64,000 nt of DNA from Felis catus (Eukaryota). Below, one piece after another: positions 1 to 14,221 of the stretch. The notes beneath the pieces were generated by a model that was not told the DNA's origin, ran no database searches, and saw only the letters and a program-made list of their open reading frames with translations. Location of the stretch: NCBI RefSeq assembly GCF_018350175.1, contig NC_058369.1, positions 25,236,001 to 25,300,000 on the forward strand, read 5' to 3'. Each line of letters opens with the position of its first letter. Position 1 is the stretch's first letter. A program made the translations under genes and the position numbers.

Positions 1-13
1 AGAAAAGAAAACC

Positions 14-160
14 CTTTTACTGAGGTATAACTTATAAAGTATATAACTCTTAAGAGTACATCTCAACAGACTTTTAACTAAATATATACCTGTGCAACCA
101 CCACTCAGATCAAGGTATGAAACATTTCCAAGCTCCCCCAGGAAGTTCCTTCCCAACACC
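14..160 (-). mobile_element. Old L1M 3' end fragment
   Basis: ttttactgaggtataac...acctgtgcaaccaccactcagatcaagg...aacatttcca, a typical antisense L1M end. Confidence 0.55.
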
Positions 161-302
161 TGACTTTTATAAGTGATCACGCCCTACCTCTGCCCTTACA
201 CCTTTAAACTTCCTTTATGTTCTTGAATTTACTACCTTAAATTTGAGAACAGAATTACAGCTTCGTGTTCATGGCTCCTGAGGTTAAAAATCAAGCATTT
301 TA

Positions 303-551
<249 letters not shown>

Positions 552-926
552 TCAAAGACAAGAGGCTTGAAACTTAAGCAGCACAAGGTCAAAGGGAAAT
601 CTCCCCCCTACCTTTTTAAACACAAGCTGCATAACAGATTCTAGAACCTCTTGACCACATTTCTCTAGTACTGGTCTGGTGATTATAAAAGGATTTCTTT
701 TAAAGGGTTATAGGATACAATACCACAGTTAGAGTTGCTCAACAGTAAATACCTATGAGTGGGAATTCTGCCCAAGGAAACCTCACCTCCCACCACTTTT
801 CTTCCGAGGACAAGTGACTATTTAGTCCCAGCTACACACAAATACACACCAAACACACTGGGGTCAGTTTTCCAGACACTGACATTAGGATGGAAGGAAA
901 GTCAGCTTTGATGGGATAGCTTTTCT

Positions 927-1161
927 TTTTATTGTTTTTAAGTTTATTCTGAGAGAGAGTGTGCACACACATGTGAGAGGGGGAGGGGCAGACAGAGAGA
1001 ATCCCCAGCAGGCTTTGCACTGTCAGTGCAGTCTGACTTGGGGGGATGTGGGGCTCAATCTCACAAACTGTGAGATCATGACCTGAGCCAGGTGATCCAA
1101 GATCATGACCGGAGCTGAAATCAAGAGTCAGATGCTTAACCGACTGGGACACCCAGGCACC
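927..1161 (-). mobile_element. Can-SINE with a small internal duplication
   Basis: tRNA-derived head, (GA)-rich body and poly-T. agatcatgaccNgagc occurs twice (about 1073 and 1100). Confidence 0.88.
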
Positions 1162-1309
1162 TCTGATGGAACATCTTTTTAAAAGACAGGAGCTCAAATG
1201 CTGTGTTTTGATTTTGTAAAACATGAAGTATAGAATGTTATCAAATAGCATGGTCTGCTGTAGTCCTGTGCCAACATTTCACACAGAAAATTAAAAAAAA
1301 AAATCATAC

Positions 1310-1364
1310 CTGGCTTTAAGGCATAATGCATCACTTTTCTTGTTGTATTAGTGTCATCCACCAG
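1310..1364 (-). CDS. IL17RD: IL17RD coding exon 9 (55 nt; LVDDTNTTRKVMHYALKP)
   Basis: Acceptor tttgtag| and donor G|gtatga. Confidence 0.96.
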
Positions 1365-2036
1365 CTACAAAACAGAGGATGCTGTATCATTATTTTATAA
1401 AAGTGATAACATCTCAACAGATTCCGTCCATGTTTCCATATGTGGACAGTGGGGGGTAGGAGGAAGGAGAGCTGCTGTCTATGATCACGAATGAGCCAGG
1501 ACTAGACATTACATCAGATCCATCTCTGCTTTACCAACTCAAAACCCTCAACCTCATCACCTTTCCTTTCATGAATCAAACATGGTTCACTCATCGATGA
1601 ATCAGCTGGTGAGTTCCACATTCTAACAATCTTCAATTACAACGGCATCCTACCACTAATTTTATGAGGCCCCCATTAATGCTTTAAGAGGGTTTAAAAC
1701 CCTCTTAAAACCACATACTGCTACCAAGTCATACAACCAGTGTTTCTCCTAAAATGTTGAAACATGTTGGTTTCTCTGAATAGTGGGGCTATGGGCAAAT
1801 TTTTAATTTCATTTCCTATTTTTCTTTTTTTCTATTTTTGTTTGACTCCTATTTTTTGTAGTATGTTTGATACTAAAAAAGTAATCTAAAATAAAGAAGA
1901 AAAATATATATCCCTTGCATGCTTTTTTCTGTGGTGTTTAGAACTTCATATATATTAATACAGAAAATGTCAGCAGAAACCTAGAGAGGGATAGGCAGAT
2001 ATAATGGACAGCACTTTTGCTGTTTTATTACTAAAA

Positions 2037-2097
2037 GTTTTTATTTTTTTATTTTTATTTGAGAGAAAGAGCAAGCGTGTGAGTGGGAGAGGGGGGA

Positions 2098-2149
<52 letters not shown>

Positions 2150-2264
2150 CCCAAGCAGGCTCCACACACTATCAGTGCAGAGCTCAATGCCAGGACTGTG
2201 ACATCATGATCTGAGCCAAAACCAAGAGTCAGACGCTCAACCAAATGAGTCACCCAGGCGTCCC
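2037..2264 (-). mobile_element. Can-SINE containing a (GA)n microsatellite (about 2102-2146)
   Basis: Can-SINE consensus motifs, flanking actaaa repeats. Confidence 0.88.
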
Positions 2265-2318
2265 ACTAAATAATTTTTAAATCTAAATTTTTAAAAACAT
2301 ATTTTTGTAGTATGAAGA

Positions 2319-2866
2319 TGTAGGGGCCCAGGGCAGGTTGTCCCTGTAGGTATCACAATGGCCTATTGATAAATACTTTGAAATGAAGTTACTTGGGGAA
2401 CAAGCAAGGACACTCAGACCCTCCCTTCTGTCCCCCTGAAAGCAGGAAACAGATCTCCCATATAACAAATACTCTCACTATACGAACAAGTAAAAACGAC
2501 GTCCTTCTGGTCTGAGATGGGGACTTGAAAGTCGAGAAAGCTGTAGAAACAAACCTTGTTATTTTTTTTCTAATTTATTACCCCAGCCTAAATTCCACTT
2601 AGAATTCCTTATTAAGTAAAGCTCCCAAACATCTATTTTCTTTATCCTGTCAACTCCTCACTAATTTGGTATCTCTTTGCTTAAAAAGTATAAAAACTAC
2701 ACCTGCCTTTGTCATTTCTTTGGGTCTCAATTTCATTATTGGGCTTCTGTGCCCACTCAGTAAGACTCTGGTTTTTTCTCCCCATAATCTGTCTCATGTC
2801 AATTTAATTCCTAAAACAGCTAGAAGAGCCCAGGGAGGAAAGAAGGAGGTTTCTTCCTCCCCTACA
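2319..2866 (+). mobile_element. Solo LTR, ERV1 class (MER34/MER39-like)
   Basis: TG...CA termini forming an 8-bp inverted repeat (TGTAGGGG...CCCCTACA), flanks aaga/aagg (near 4-bp TSD), internal TATAAAAA at about 2689. Family name from recalled 3' end ttcttcctcccctaca. Confidence 0.75.
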
Positions 2867-3055
2867 AAGGAATACTGTCTAAAAATTCTAAATCATGGAC
2901 TATATGGTTTCATGAAAATATTTATATGAAATATTTGAAATAATGAATGAGAAAAATCAAAGATTGATTACATATAAACTTTTTAAAAAGCATGTTAAGG
3001 ACCATGTAAAAATATAATTGTACACACCCTCAATGGCTTGAAATTTTAGTGTTTT

Positions 3056-3276
3056 TTTTTAAATTTTTTTTTTCAACGTTTATTTATTTTTGGGACAGAC
3101 AGAGACAGAGCATGAACGGGGGAGGGGCAGAGAGAGAGGGAGACACAGAATCGGAAACAGGCTCCAGGCTCTGAGCCATCAGCCCAGAGCCTGACGCGGG
3201 GCTCGAACTCACGGACCGCGAGATCGTGACCTGGCTGAAGTCGGATGCTTAACCGACTGCGCCACCCAGGCGCCCC
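3056..3276 (-). mobile_element. Young felid SINEC_Fc
   Basis: CpG-intact near-consensus copy with a perfect 16-bp TSD gaaattttagtgtttt (3040-3055 and 3277-3292). Confidence 0.95.
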
Positions 3277-3324
3277 GAAATTTTAGTGTTTTAAACAGTG
3301 GGAATTCTACATGAACTAGATTCA

Positions 3325-3456
<132 letters not shown>

Positions 3457-4074
3457 TTAAAACTCACTTCTTGGATAAAGGTCATCTGGACTGCTCTTTT
3501 CCCCCTAGAGCTGAAGGAGACTTGCCACCAGTCTTAACCATGTTCAGAACACTTTGGTTAGGGCAGAAAGCAACCATGTGTATCTGCTACATGTTATCTG
3601 AACTTCACTTTGATAAAAAGGCCCGGGAGAGCCCAGGACCAACCCCCCACCCCCATAGTCTAAACTTAGCTGGTGATGCCCTCAGCAGGCATATTTCATC
3701 TGAAGACAAAGAAACTAGTTAGAATACCCTTGACTTATTGAAAGGGTGAGGAAAGAAATTACCCGCCCATGTTTGTGCATGTTTTATGTGCTGTAATTTT
3801 AACTCGAGCAGAAGGTCAAGGAAGATCAATGACACAGATGAGAGCCCACAGGAAAACAAAACTCAACAATATAGGAGCACGTCCAGGAAGGCACTAAGTT
3901 CTGCTACCCTGACCCAAACCCTCTCCTGGTGCTCGCTAGAGGCAATCTAGCAGTCCTGTGCACTTGCACCAGACATCTTCCCCTCTTGCTGGCCACCCTC
4001 AGTTTAAGAACTTGGCTGCTGAGCTTCTACTTGACTTTGGCCTATGTGTAAAATCAGTAGGCCCCTAAAATCCT

Positions 4075-4265
4075 AGTGGTTTGACTCCTAGATGTGGCAT
4101 TTCCACTGACTAGCTGTGCGACCTTGAGCAAGCTAGGTGACCACCTGAGCCTCAGGTTGCCCATCTGTAAAGTGGGGTGACAGCAGCCTCTGTTGCATAG
4201 AGTTGTAACGATTCAGTGAGCATAAAGCACGGTGACTGGCACACAGTGAGCGCCCAATTAATGTT
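4075..4265 (+). mobile_element. MIR SINE
   Basis: ctagctgtgcgaccttgagcaag...ctgagcctcagg...catctgtaaagtgggg...tggcacacagtgag. Confidence 0.75.
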
Positions 4266-4496
4266 TAAAATGTAGCAGAAGGAACTAGAAATACTTCATT
4301 CTTTTGGCTCCTTGGTAATACCTTTCCCAGGCTACATCACCACGGGGATAGCTGGGGTGTAGGTAACTGGGGAGTGAGGATATCCCTGAGACTATGCTGG
4401 AATATCTACCAACTGCTGAGAGTCAAAGCCTAATGTTCATGTTGAACCACCCAGATTCCAGGGACCCAGGGGTCACTTTAAAACATGTACTATTCC

Positions 4497-4706
4497 AGGG
4501 ACACCTGGGTGGCTCAGTCGGTTAAGTGCCTGAGTTCGGCTCGGGTCATAATCTCACGGTTCGTGAGTTCGAGCCCTGTGTCAGGCTCTGTGCTGACAGC
4601 TCAGAGCCTGGAACCTGCTTCAGATTCTGCATCTCTCTCTCTCTCTCTTTCTGCCCCTCCCCCACTCATGCTCTGTTTCTCTCTCAAAAATAAACATTAA
4701 AAAAAA
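4497..4706 (+). mobile_element. Can-SINE
   Basis: TSD tttaaaacatgta(c/g)tattcc. The TSD ends 23 bp from the exon 7 donor. Confidence 0.92.
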
Positions 4707-4710
4707 TTTA

Positions 4711-4983
<273 letters not shown>

Positions 4984-4993
4984 CTATACTCAC

Positions 4994-5038
4994 AGGGTTT
5001 ACAGGCCAGGTTGTCCGGCTGTAGCAGTAGGTCGCAGG
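4994..5038 (-). CDS. IL17RD: IL17RD coding exon 6 (45 nt; ACDLLLQPDNLACKP)
   Basis: Acceptor ttaatag| and donor T|gtgagt, in frame with exons 5 and 7. Confidence 0.95.
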
Positions 5039-5495
5039 CTATTAAGAAAGATGTGTATTTTTAGTTATAGTACAGTCTGACATTTTCCTCATGCAATAAT
5101 TCAATAAGATGTAAATATATGGAGCTGGGTACTGCTGGTCAAAGTATAAAATAGATCAATTGGGCAATGATTTCCGGTACAGTGCAGTTATATCTCATGA
5201 AAATTTAAATTGTACAATATAAAAATATTAATGCAGTTCATTTTGTGCCAAATAAATGGAAACAGTGTAAAGTCACCCAACCTTTTAAAGCTTGTCAAGC
5301 ATTACATAGTTTCAAGGCCAGTGGGACTGTGTTCAGCCCACGGCCACATGGAGGCTCTGTTTCAGCTGTAAACAGAAGTGACGCCAGCCCTGCTCCACTG
5401 CACAGGTGCTTAGGCGCAAGAGAACTTTGGAGTGATCCTAGTAACTGCCTTGGGTTGTTTCCACATTTGCCAGCATTCTATTTTAAAATCCTTTT

Positions 5496-5728
5496 GGGGG
5501 TGTCTGGGTGGCTCGGTCAGTTAAATGTCTGATTTCAGCTCAGGTCATGATCTCAGGGTTCGTGAGTTCGAGCCCCGAGTCAGGCTCTGTGCTGACAGCG
5601 TGGAGCTTGCTTCAGATTCTGTATCTCTCTCTGTCTCTCTCTCTCCCCCTGTCCCTCCCCCACTCATGCACATGCACACACACACACACTCTCTCTCTCT
5701 CAAAAATAAATATATAAATAAATAAACA
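5496..5728 (+). mobile_element. Can-SINE
   Basis: Full head, body and A tail, with TSD ttttaaaatcctttt. Confidence 0.92.
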
Positions 5729-6704
5729 TTTTAAAATCCTTTTGATGGAGTCTAAAAATGGCATGCAGGCATCTACTAAACAGTGGCACCAGCACTGAAA
5801 ACTAGGCTGTAGAGTTTTGAAACAGGACTTAAATGTGATAAAAACACGAGAGGGGCCAAACAGCTAGTCCAATATGCCATGTTGCTAACCCAGGGAGAAC
5901 CTTCTGGAAAATGTCCACATACTGCCAAGAAAATCAAAGGCAGCATCACGATCACAGGGCACGGAAATGGTGATAAACACATCTCCCGCCTCTGCCTCAC
6001 CCCCAGATAGACACAATGATTCTGATGGGAAGACTTTATCTTAAATTATGCTAGTTCTGATTAAGGCAAGCTTTTCTTAAACATATTTGAATCCTCTAAC
6101 TGGTTCTGTGTAAGGCACTGAGATGTAAAATGCACATAGTCTTTGCCCTATGGAATCATATTTTAATTAAGAAAATGAGACCAAACTGTTATAAAATAAT
6201 TGTGCTGCACAGGAAACACAGTTTAAAAAAGAAAAGAAAAGAAAGGCAAAAAGAAAACAACCAGAGTGTGAATGCTGCAGCCGAGAACAAAAACATCACA
6301 GAGGAGGAGGACGGCACCTGGGCCACATAGGAAGGGCTGTTGAGTTGGCCTGACAGCTGACCATCAGGGGTCTGGTATGCCGGACAGAAAGACTGGACGG
6401 GAAGGCAAGAGGGAATGGCTGCAGGTTTCAGGATGCCTCGGCACCAAATTTGAAAGCAGCGATTCAGGCTGAAGAAAGACACACCGCACCGTGCACAGAA
6501 CAGACGGAAAAGGGTTGGCTGGTCAGCATGGTTGGCTGGAGAGTGTGGACTCCAGAGTCAGACTTCTGGGTTCAAATCCCAGCTCCCACCAGGCTCTTTA
6601 ATCTCTGGATGTATCACTGCACATGTAATAAGTGGACATGAGAGGATTAAATTCTTGAAGGGTTGGAATGGGGGTAAACTGAGTCAGTGTTTAGAAAGCA
6701 TTTA

Positions 6705-6930
6705 GGGGTGCCCTGGGTGGCTCAGTTGGTTAAGTATCCAACTTCAACTCAGGTCATGATCTCATGAGGTTTATGAGTTCAAGTGCCGTGTCAGGCTCTG
6801 TGCTGACAGCTCAGAACCTGGAGCCTGCTTTGGATTCTGTGTCTCCCTCTCTCTCTGCCCCTCCCCTGCTCATGCTCTGTTTCTCTCTCTCTTTCAAAAA
6901 TAAACAAACATTAAAAAAAAAAAAAAAAAA
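6705..6930 (+). mobile_element. Can-SINE, inserted at the end of a MIR fragment
   Basis: Consensus head ggggtgccctgggtggctcag, (CT)n and poly-A. Confidence 0.9.
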
Positions 6931-7340
6931 GCACAGGACCTGACACGTGAAGGTTAAAAAAACAAACTTTCTAGAAAAAAGCAATCTCAGGGTTGTTGCT
7001 TAATTTTCTTAATGTAATCCTGAAAACAGGCAATCACTCACAGAAGCCACCTTCCTGATGACAGGTAAAAGATGGATTATTTCACGCTCTCCCCTTCACC
7101 CCAAAAAATCAACTTCTACTGTTTATTCCTGCTCTTCTTTTTTCCTAAATGGTTTTAATATATGGCTGTCTGACAGCACTTTAAAAAAAAAAGAAAAAAA
7201 AAGAAATCAAGCATCAACATCTACTCTTGAACAAGCGTGAAATGGGTGTCGTAGGCAGTATTAGGTGAATACTGCCTAGGCCAAATCCTAATTCTAAGAA
7301 TTGCTTTTCTGGGTACTTTTCCTGGATGCTTTTCTCCTCA

Positions 7341-7562
<222 letters not shown>

Positions 7563-8005
7563 CTAAAAGGGAATAAAAACAGACATGATATCATGAAGAA
7601 ATTACCCACCCCTCCACCTACATACAGGACCTTCAGTCCTCTCTGATAGTCACCCAGACACCGCTCCAGAGCTAGGGGCTATTTTCTGGACCAAGTTTAG
7701 GTTTGGATCCCTAACCGAAATAAAGACTGACAATGCTGCCTGTGCTCTGGCAAAGAAGCCCTAGGTGGTGAACGCGGAACCTCAAAGCTGGTGGGGAGGA
7801 GTCCGCGTGCTCTTGAGTGCACAAAGCCACCTTCCAGGACATGTAACCTGAGAGGTGTGTTTACCAGCGAGAGGTGCTGGAGGGTTTCTCTGGGTGTGGA
7901 GCAGGCTCAGGGTGTTGCCGAGCTGTTTCTCGCCCACCTTGGCAGGAGGGGTGGACCCCACAGCCCCTCCTTCTCCAGTTTCACAGACATTCAATAGACC
8001 ATTCA

Positions 8006-8290
<285 letters not shown>

Positions 8291-9477
8291 TTACTTTGGC
8301 TAGCACATCTGAGTCTTACAGAAAGGAAAACCACATACCCCGCATTCCTCTGGTACAGGCCAGGTGATTGTCTCCATCCCATCATTACTAATTAATTAGC
8401 TCTAATCCAGCCAGCTACTTCACAAATGCCCACTGCCTCTGTGACATTAGGGTTCAAATATATAGACTCAAGTCACAACTGATCCTAAAAGTCTACAGTG
8501 GAATACACAATTTCTAGGTCCTGACAGAGTGTATTCAGCTGATGGTAATTCCCAATGCTGACTAGGGACTCCCGTAAACCATGTTTCTGCTTTAAGTTTT
8601 CGTCCTATATTTTGCTGGCATGGTTCATCCAAGTAATGCACAAAATTCCTAACAAAGTGTGTGTCTACACCCAAGGGGTTTCTAGGCTTGGGATTAAATA
8701 GCTCAGAACGCCCATGTGATTTACAAAGTTCTTGCTCTAATCATGCCTGAAAGGCAGACACCCAAGGGCTGCCCAGTGTGCGCTCTTCATACAGCCCTCA
8801 GAGGCCCCGAGACGCCCACAGTGCCACTGAAAGACGCCCGGCCCAGCCTCCCGCCACCTGAGGATTAAGCTCCGCTGATCACAAGAGCCAGTACCAGTGC
8901 TCTTCGTCATTTGGAGACTGGAGCGGTCCGGCTGCAGCTGGAGATCCCCAAAGCCGGCCTCAATTGGCACGGTATTGATTTCGCATTCTTTCTGAACACT
9001 AGACAAGGAGACAATTTCAACCCTTCCCCTCCCGGGGCAGAAGTAATGACATAGGATGCAATTAACCAGGTGGAAAAAGTACCGATGGCAAAGGACAGGG
9101 AAATCTTTTTCGAAAAGGTTCTTTAAGCCTATAATTATTTGATGAAGAACACGTATTTTATGGTGAGTAGGGCAAAGGAGTTACAATTAGAGCTTCACAT
9201 TTTCAGGGGTCATGGGGTACAGTGTGCAGGCACTGACTCTGCTGTACTGTATTTCAAGTTTAAAGCTTCCTGTGGGGGTGAGAGCCACCTGACCCACAGC
9301 CCAAGATTCAGATGCAACAGGAGCCACAGTCTCTGACCAGCAACTAAGATTTAATTCATGTCATGTCCTTAGAACTCCTGTTTAACAAAAGCTGGATGAT
9401 TCATATAATTAAAGACTGCACACCTCACAGTTTCATAAAATTCATCAGCTGAGGTAGGAGTAGGTGGTTCTAGTCCT

Positions 9478-10167
9478 TATTTTTATTTATTTTTTTAAAT
9501 GTTTTTTCAAGTTTATTTATTTAGAGGGAGAACACAAGTCGGGGCAGAGAGAGAGAGAGACAGAGACAGAGAATCCCAAGCAGGATCCATGTTGTCAGCA
9601 CAGAGCCCGACGCGAGGCTCGATCCCACAAACTGTGAGATCATGATCTGAGCCAAAATCAAGAGTCAAATGCTTGGGACACCGGGGTGGCTCAGTCAGTT
9701 AAGGGTCCGACTTCGGCCTGGGTCATGATCTCACGGCTCGGGAGTTCGAGCCTTACGTGCTGACAGCTCAGAGCCTGAAGCTTGCTTCCTATTCTGTGTC
9801 TCCCTCTCTCTCTGCCCCTCCCCCGTTCTCTCTCTCTCTCTCCCCCCCCCCTCCAAAATAAATAAATGTTAAAATTTTTTTTTTTTTTAAAAGGGTCAGA
9901 TGCTTAACCAACTGAGCCACCCAGGAGCCCCTAGTTCTAATTTTTTTTTTTAATTTTTTTTCAACGTTTTTTATTTATTTTTGGGACAGAGAGAGACAGA
10001 GCATGAACGGGGGAGGGGCAGAGAGAGAGGGAGACACAGAATCGGAAACAGGCTCCAGGCTCCGAGCCATCAGCCCAGAGCCTGACGCGGGGCTCGAACT
10101 CACGGACCGCGAGATCGTGACCTGGCTGAAGTCGGACGCTTAACTGACTGCACCACCCAGGCGCCCC
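9478..10167. mobile_element. Nested cluster of three Can-SINEs
   Basis: A minus SINE (about 9478-9930) is interrupted by a plus SINE (about 9675-9888). A young minus SINEC_Fc (about 9945-10167) follows with TSD ctagttctaattttt. Confidence 0.9.
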
Positions 10168-10344
10168 GCTAGTTCTAATTTTTAAGAGGTTAGTGTGAAA
10201 AACCACTATGCCAAGTCTGGCAGGTGGGGGTAAAAGCAAATGTAAACCTTAACGCCTTTATCACAACGCTCTGAATTCCTTTTAGTTACACATTTAACAA
10301 CTTTACAGAGCAACTTCCCATGAAGGGACGTATTTACTCCTTCT

Positions 10345-10510
10345 CATCATTTAAAACTCATTAATCCTTCTGGCATCCATGGGAGGAAGGTATTGTCCTC
10401 ATTTTACAAATGAGGACATAGGTACAGAGACAGTGAATGACTTATCCGGGATCACACAGGAATTAAATGGCAGATGTGGGATTCAAACCCAGGAGTGTCT
10501 GGCTCTAAGC
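10345..10510 (-). mobile_element. MIR SINE
   Basis: cctcattttacaaatgagga...gggattcaaacccagg. Confidence 0.7.
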
Positions 10511-10518
10511 TGGTACAC

Positions 10519-10952
10519 TTTTTTTTTTTTTAACGTTTGTTTATTTTTGAGAGACAGAGACAGAGCGTGAACAGGGGACAGGCAGAGAGAGAGGGAGACA
10601 CAGAATCCAAAGCAGGCTCCAGGCTCTGAGCTGTCAGCACAGCACCCGATGTGGGGCTCAAACCCACGAACCGTGAGATCATGACCTCAGTTGAAGCTGG
10701 ACACCCTTCTAAGCTGGTGCTCTTAACCCATATGCTTTTCTGTCACCCAAGGAGTCTTTTTTTTTTTAATGTATATTTATTTTTAAGAGAGAACACAAGT
10801 GGTGGAGGGGCAGGGAGAGAGGGAGACAGAAGATCTGAAGCAGGCTCCGCACTGACGGTTTGAGCCCAACGCGGGGCTCAAACTCACGAACCAAGAGATC
10901 ATGTCCTGAGCCGAAGTTGGACACTCAACCCACTAAATCACCCAGGCTCCCC
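10519..10952 (-). mobile_element. Two tandem Can-SINEs (about 10519-10702 and 10756-10952)
   Basis: Two poly-T/(GA)/head units. Confidence 0.87.
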
Positions 10953-11499
10953 AGGAGTTTCCTTGATAGAACCTGATAGAAACAGATAGAACCTGTCCAC
11001 CCACAAATCGTCATTCAGGAAAAGCACCACATTCTGCCCTCACTGCTCCACCTGTTAGTTTTCCAACCACCTAGCTTCCATCCCTTACTTGCATTCTAAA
11101 GGAGACTGCAATTTGTCAGGCCAACCCCTCAACCGTATAGCCTTACATGGAATGACCACTTCCTGTTGATCCACAGAGAATGTTTTTATCTTTAAATGTT
11201 AAGATAATGTTATTTTTGGAAAACCCACTGGGTTCAGACCCAGCAGTATTTACACGGATAAATGAGTCAGGCCCATGGATCTAATCCTTCCTCCCTCACT
11301 CTGCACTCACCTCTCCTGCAGTCTGGTTTTTCTGAGAATTATCCTGTTCAGATTAAGAAATCCAGACTTTACGTTACTTTTCCCTTATCCAGATTTCTTT
11401 TTCTTTTTTTTAAATTCTAAGATTCAGTGGCAATGTCAAAGAAACAGGTTTGAGGACCAGGTTTTGATGATGATAACAGTAGCCTTTTTTTTTTCTTCT

Positions 11500-11945
11500 T
11501 AAAGATTTTATTATTATGCTTTTTTTTATTTGAGAGAGGGAGGGAGGGAGCACAGCAGAGGAGAGGGACAGAAGGAAAGAATCTCAAGCAGGCTCCAGGC
11601 TCAGTGCAGAACCCAATGCAGGGCTGGATCCCACCACCCTGGGATCATGACCTGAGCCAAAATCAAGAATCGGACACTCAATCAGCTGAACCACCCAGGT
11701 GCCCCTAAAGATTTTAAGTAATCTCTACATCCAACATGGGACTTGAACTCACAACTGAGATCAAGAGTTGCATGCTCTACCAACTGAGCCAGCCATGTGT
11801 CCCAATAGCCACTGTTTTAAATTTTAAAAGCTCTTTCTAGAGATGGCTGGCTGACACAGTTGGATGACTCTTGATCTCAGTGGTCGTGAGTTTGAGCTCC
11901 ACGCTGGGTACCCAGGTTATTTAATAAAAACTTAAAAAATAAAAG
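11500..11945. mobile_element. Can-SINE cluster: minus full copy (to 11705), minus short copy (to 11803), plus short tRNA-like copy (about 11841-11945)
   Basis: SINE heads and A/T tails. Confidence 0.75.
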
Positions 11946-12326
11946 AACTCTTTCTAGAAATACTGCGTGCATGCGTGTGTGTGTGGAAATCGTACAAAAA
12001 CCAGGAGGCCGTCAGTCGTCTTCACATCACAGATGGGGAAGCCAGGGCTCAACAAGGCTTAACAGCCTCTGGTGGCAGGTAGAATCTGGGTTCACACCCA
12101 GGCCCATCTGAACAAATGGGCCCTGACCATGTCCCCCACCCAGCTGTCCCATCCTCTCTTACATCATCAACTCATTAAAGAGGACAAGCAAACTCTGCCC
12201 TAATCTGAATCTGACCAGATAATGTGGGTTTGCTTTTTTTCTGTTTCTTCATTTTGCATTTTTTTTCAGCCCACACAGTTCACATAAATTCAGTTAGTTG
12301 CCAAGATTTAAAAACTATTGACTTTA

Positions 12327-12500
12327 GAGTCACTTGGGTGGCTCAGTCAGTTGAGCATCCGACTTCGACTCAGGTCATGATCTCATGGTTAGTGACTTCA
12401 AGCCATGCATCAGGCTTGCTGCTGTCAGCATGGAGCCCATCTTAAATTCTCTGTCCCCTCTCTCTTTGCCCTTCCCCTGCTTGCTCTCTCAAAAAAAAAA
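12327..12500 (+). mobile_element. Can-SINE
   Basis: tgggtggctcagtcagttgagcatccgacttcgactcaggtcatgatctc... with an A tail. Confidence 0.87.
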
Positions 12501-12926
12501 CCATTTTTCTTAAATTATTGATTTTATGGATTCTTACGAGCACTGAGATATTCCTGTAAACTCACAACACGTGCTGTGCTGTGCCCGGATATCCATGTGG
12601 GCATACAGATGGCCAATGCTGGACGCTAAAGCCATTATGCCCTTGGACAGGTCACCTGTCCCCTGGCTACTGCTTAGACCCAAAGGCTAAGGCCTCAGCA
12701 CGATTTATTGCCATACACTATTATTCTTCAAACCCACAGCTCTCTCAGTAACAGCCAAGAGAACAAAAGATGAGCCATGGGGTACAGTATTAAGCTCTGT
12801 ACATGCCCAGGAAGTACATGCAATGAAGCAGGAAGCATATCTGTGCCCAAGCACACCTAAGCTACACGTATGTCAAGACCTGCCTGGCCCCTGCAGGTTG
12901 CCACACTGGGACCCTTGCACTGGTCA

Positions 12927-13127
<201 letters not shown>

Positions 13128-14010
13128 TTAAAACTTTAAATTTTACAATTTTTTATTCCCAGGTTCATCTTCTCAAATTACACAGAGCCATCCGGAGGCA
13201 GCCAAAGCCATTCTGTTTAAAGATGTGTGCCTCAAAAGCCTAAATATGACAGTAAAGTGTGACTATTTGGGAAACTGTAAGATGCAGTCGTGGAATTTAT
13301 TTATAGCACCACCACCACCCCACCACCCCCCTCCCCACAAGTTAACTTCTAGGACAGCATTAGGGGAGGATCATATACAGTCTGGAGTTGGACTATGTAT
13401 CTGGCATTAACTTTTTTTTTTACTGTTAAGACATCTTACCTAAATCAAGAATTATTTACATTACTTCCATCAGTTTTCAGCATTAGAGAGTGATCTGAAG
13501 CAAAACCAATGGCTAAATACTGGGGCTTGTTTTTAGAAAAAACCTGGAGGCAAAGTGAGCAGGGAAAGGAAGTAATAGGGTAAGACTCATGGGGGAGGGG
13601 CGCACAGCAAGACAGTTAAAACAATCCAATTAGTACCTGCAAAAGGTACTAACTGACTTCCTGATGAGTGAAGCACCTCCAGTGTTAACTGGCATCGCAA
13701 AGGGAAAACACCATGTGTTAATCCAAGACATCCACAATGCCCACCAAACCCAAAGAGTTCCACATTACTCAGCCAATGAAGACCCGATTCTCTGATTTTG
13801 CCTGAGGACATTACTTGCAGCCAGCTGTCAATGCGGCCACTACCACGTGAGCAACTGTGACACCTGGTATTGCTAAACACATCTTCAAAGTCTACAGAAT
13901 CCTAAAAAGCTGCCAGAAGCTTCCAGCCAGACTCAGCATGGGACTCCAGACAATGGCCGTGGGCTGTTCTGGCCACTGACGCAGGGGAGACCCATCGGCC
14001 CTCCTCGGCA

Positions 14011-14221
14011 ATTTTTTTAAGGTTTTTATTTATTTACGTTGAGAGAGAGCGGGCGCGAGCGAGTGAGCAGGGGAGGGGCAGAGACAGAGGAAGAGAGAGA
14101 TTCCCAAGCAGGCTCCACACCATCAGCACAAAGCCCAATGCATGGTTCGAACTCACAAACTGTGAGATCATGACCTGAGCCCAAACCAAGAGTCAGAAAC
14201 TTAACAACTCCCAGGTACCCC
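14011..14221 (-). mobile_element. Can-SINE
   Basis: Consensus body on the minus strand. Confidence 0.85.
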
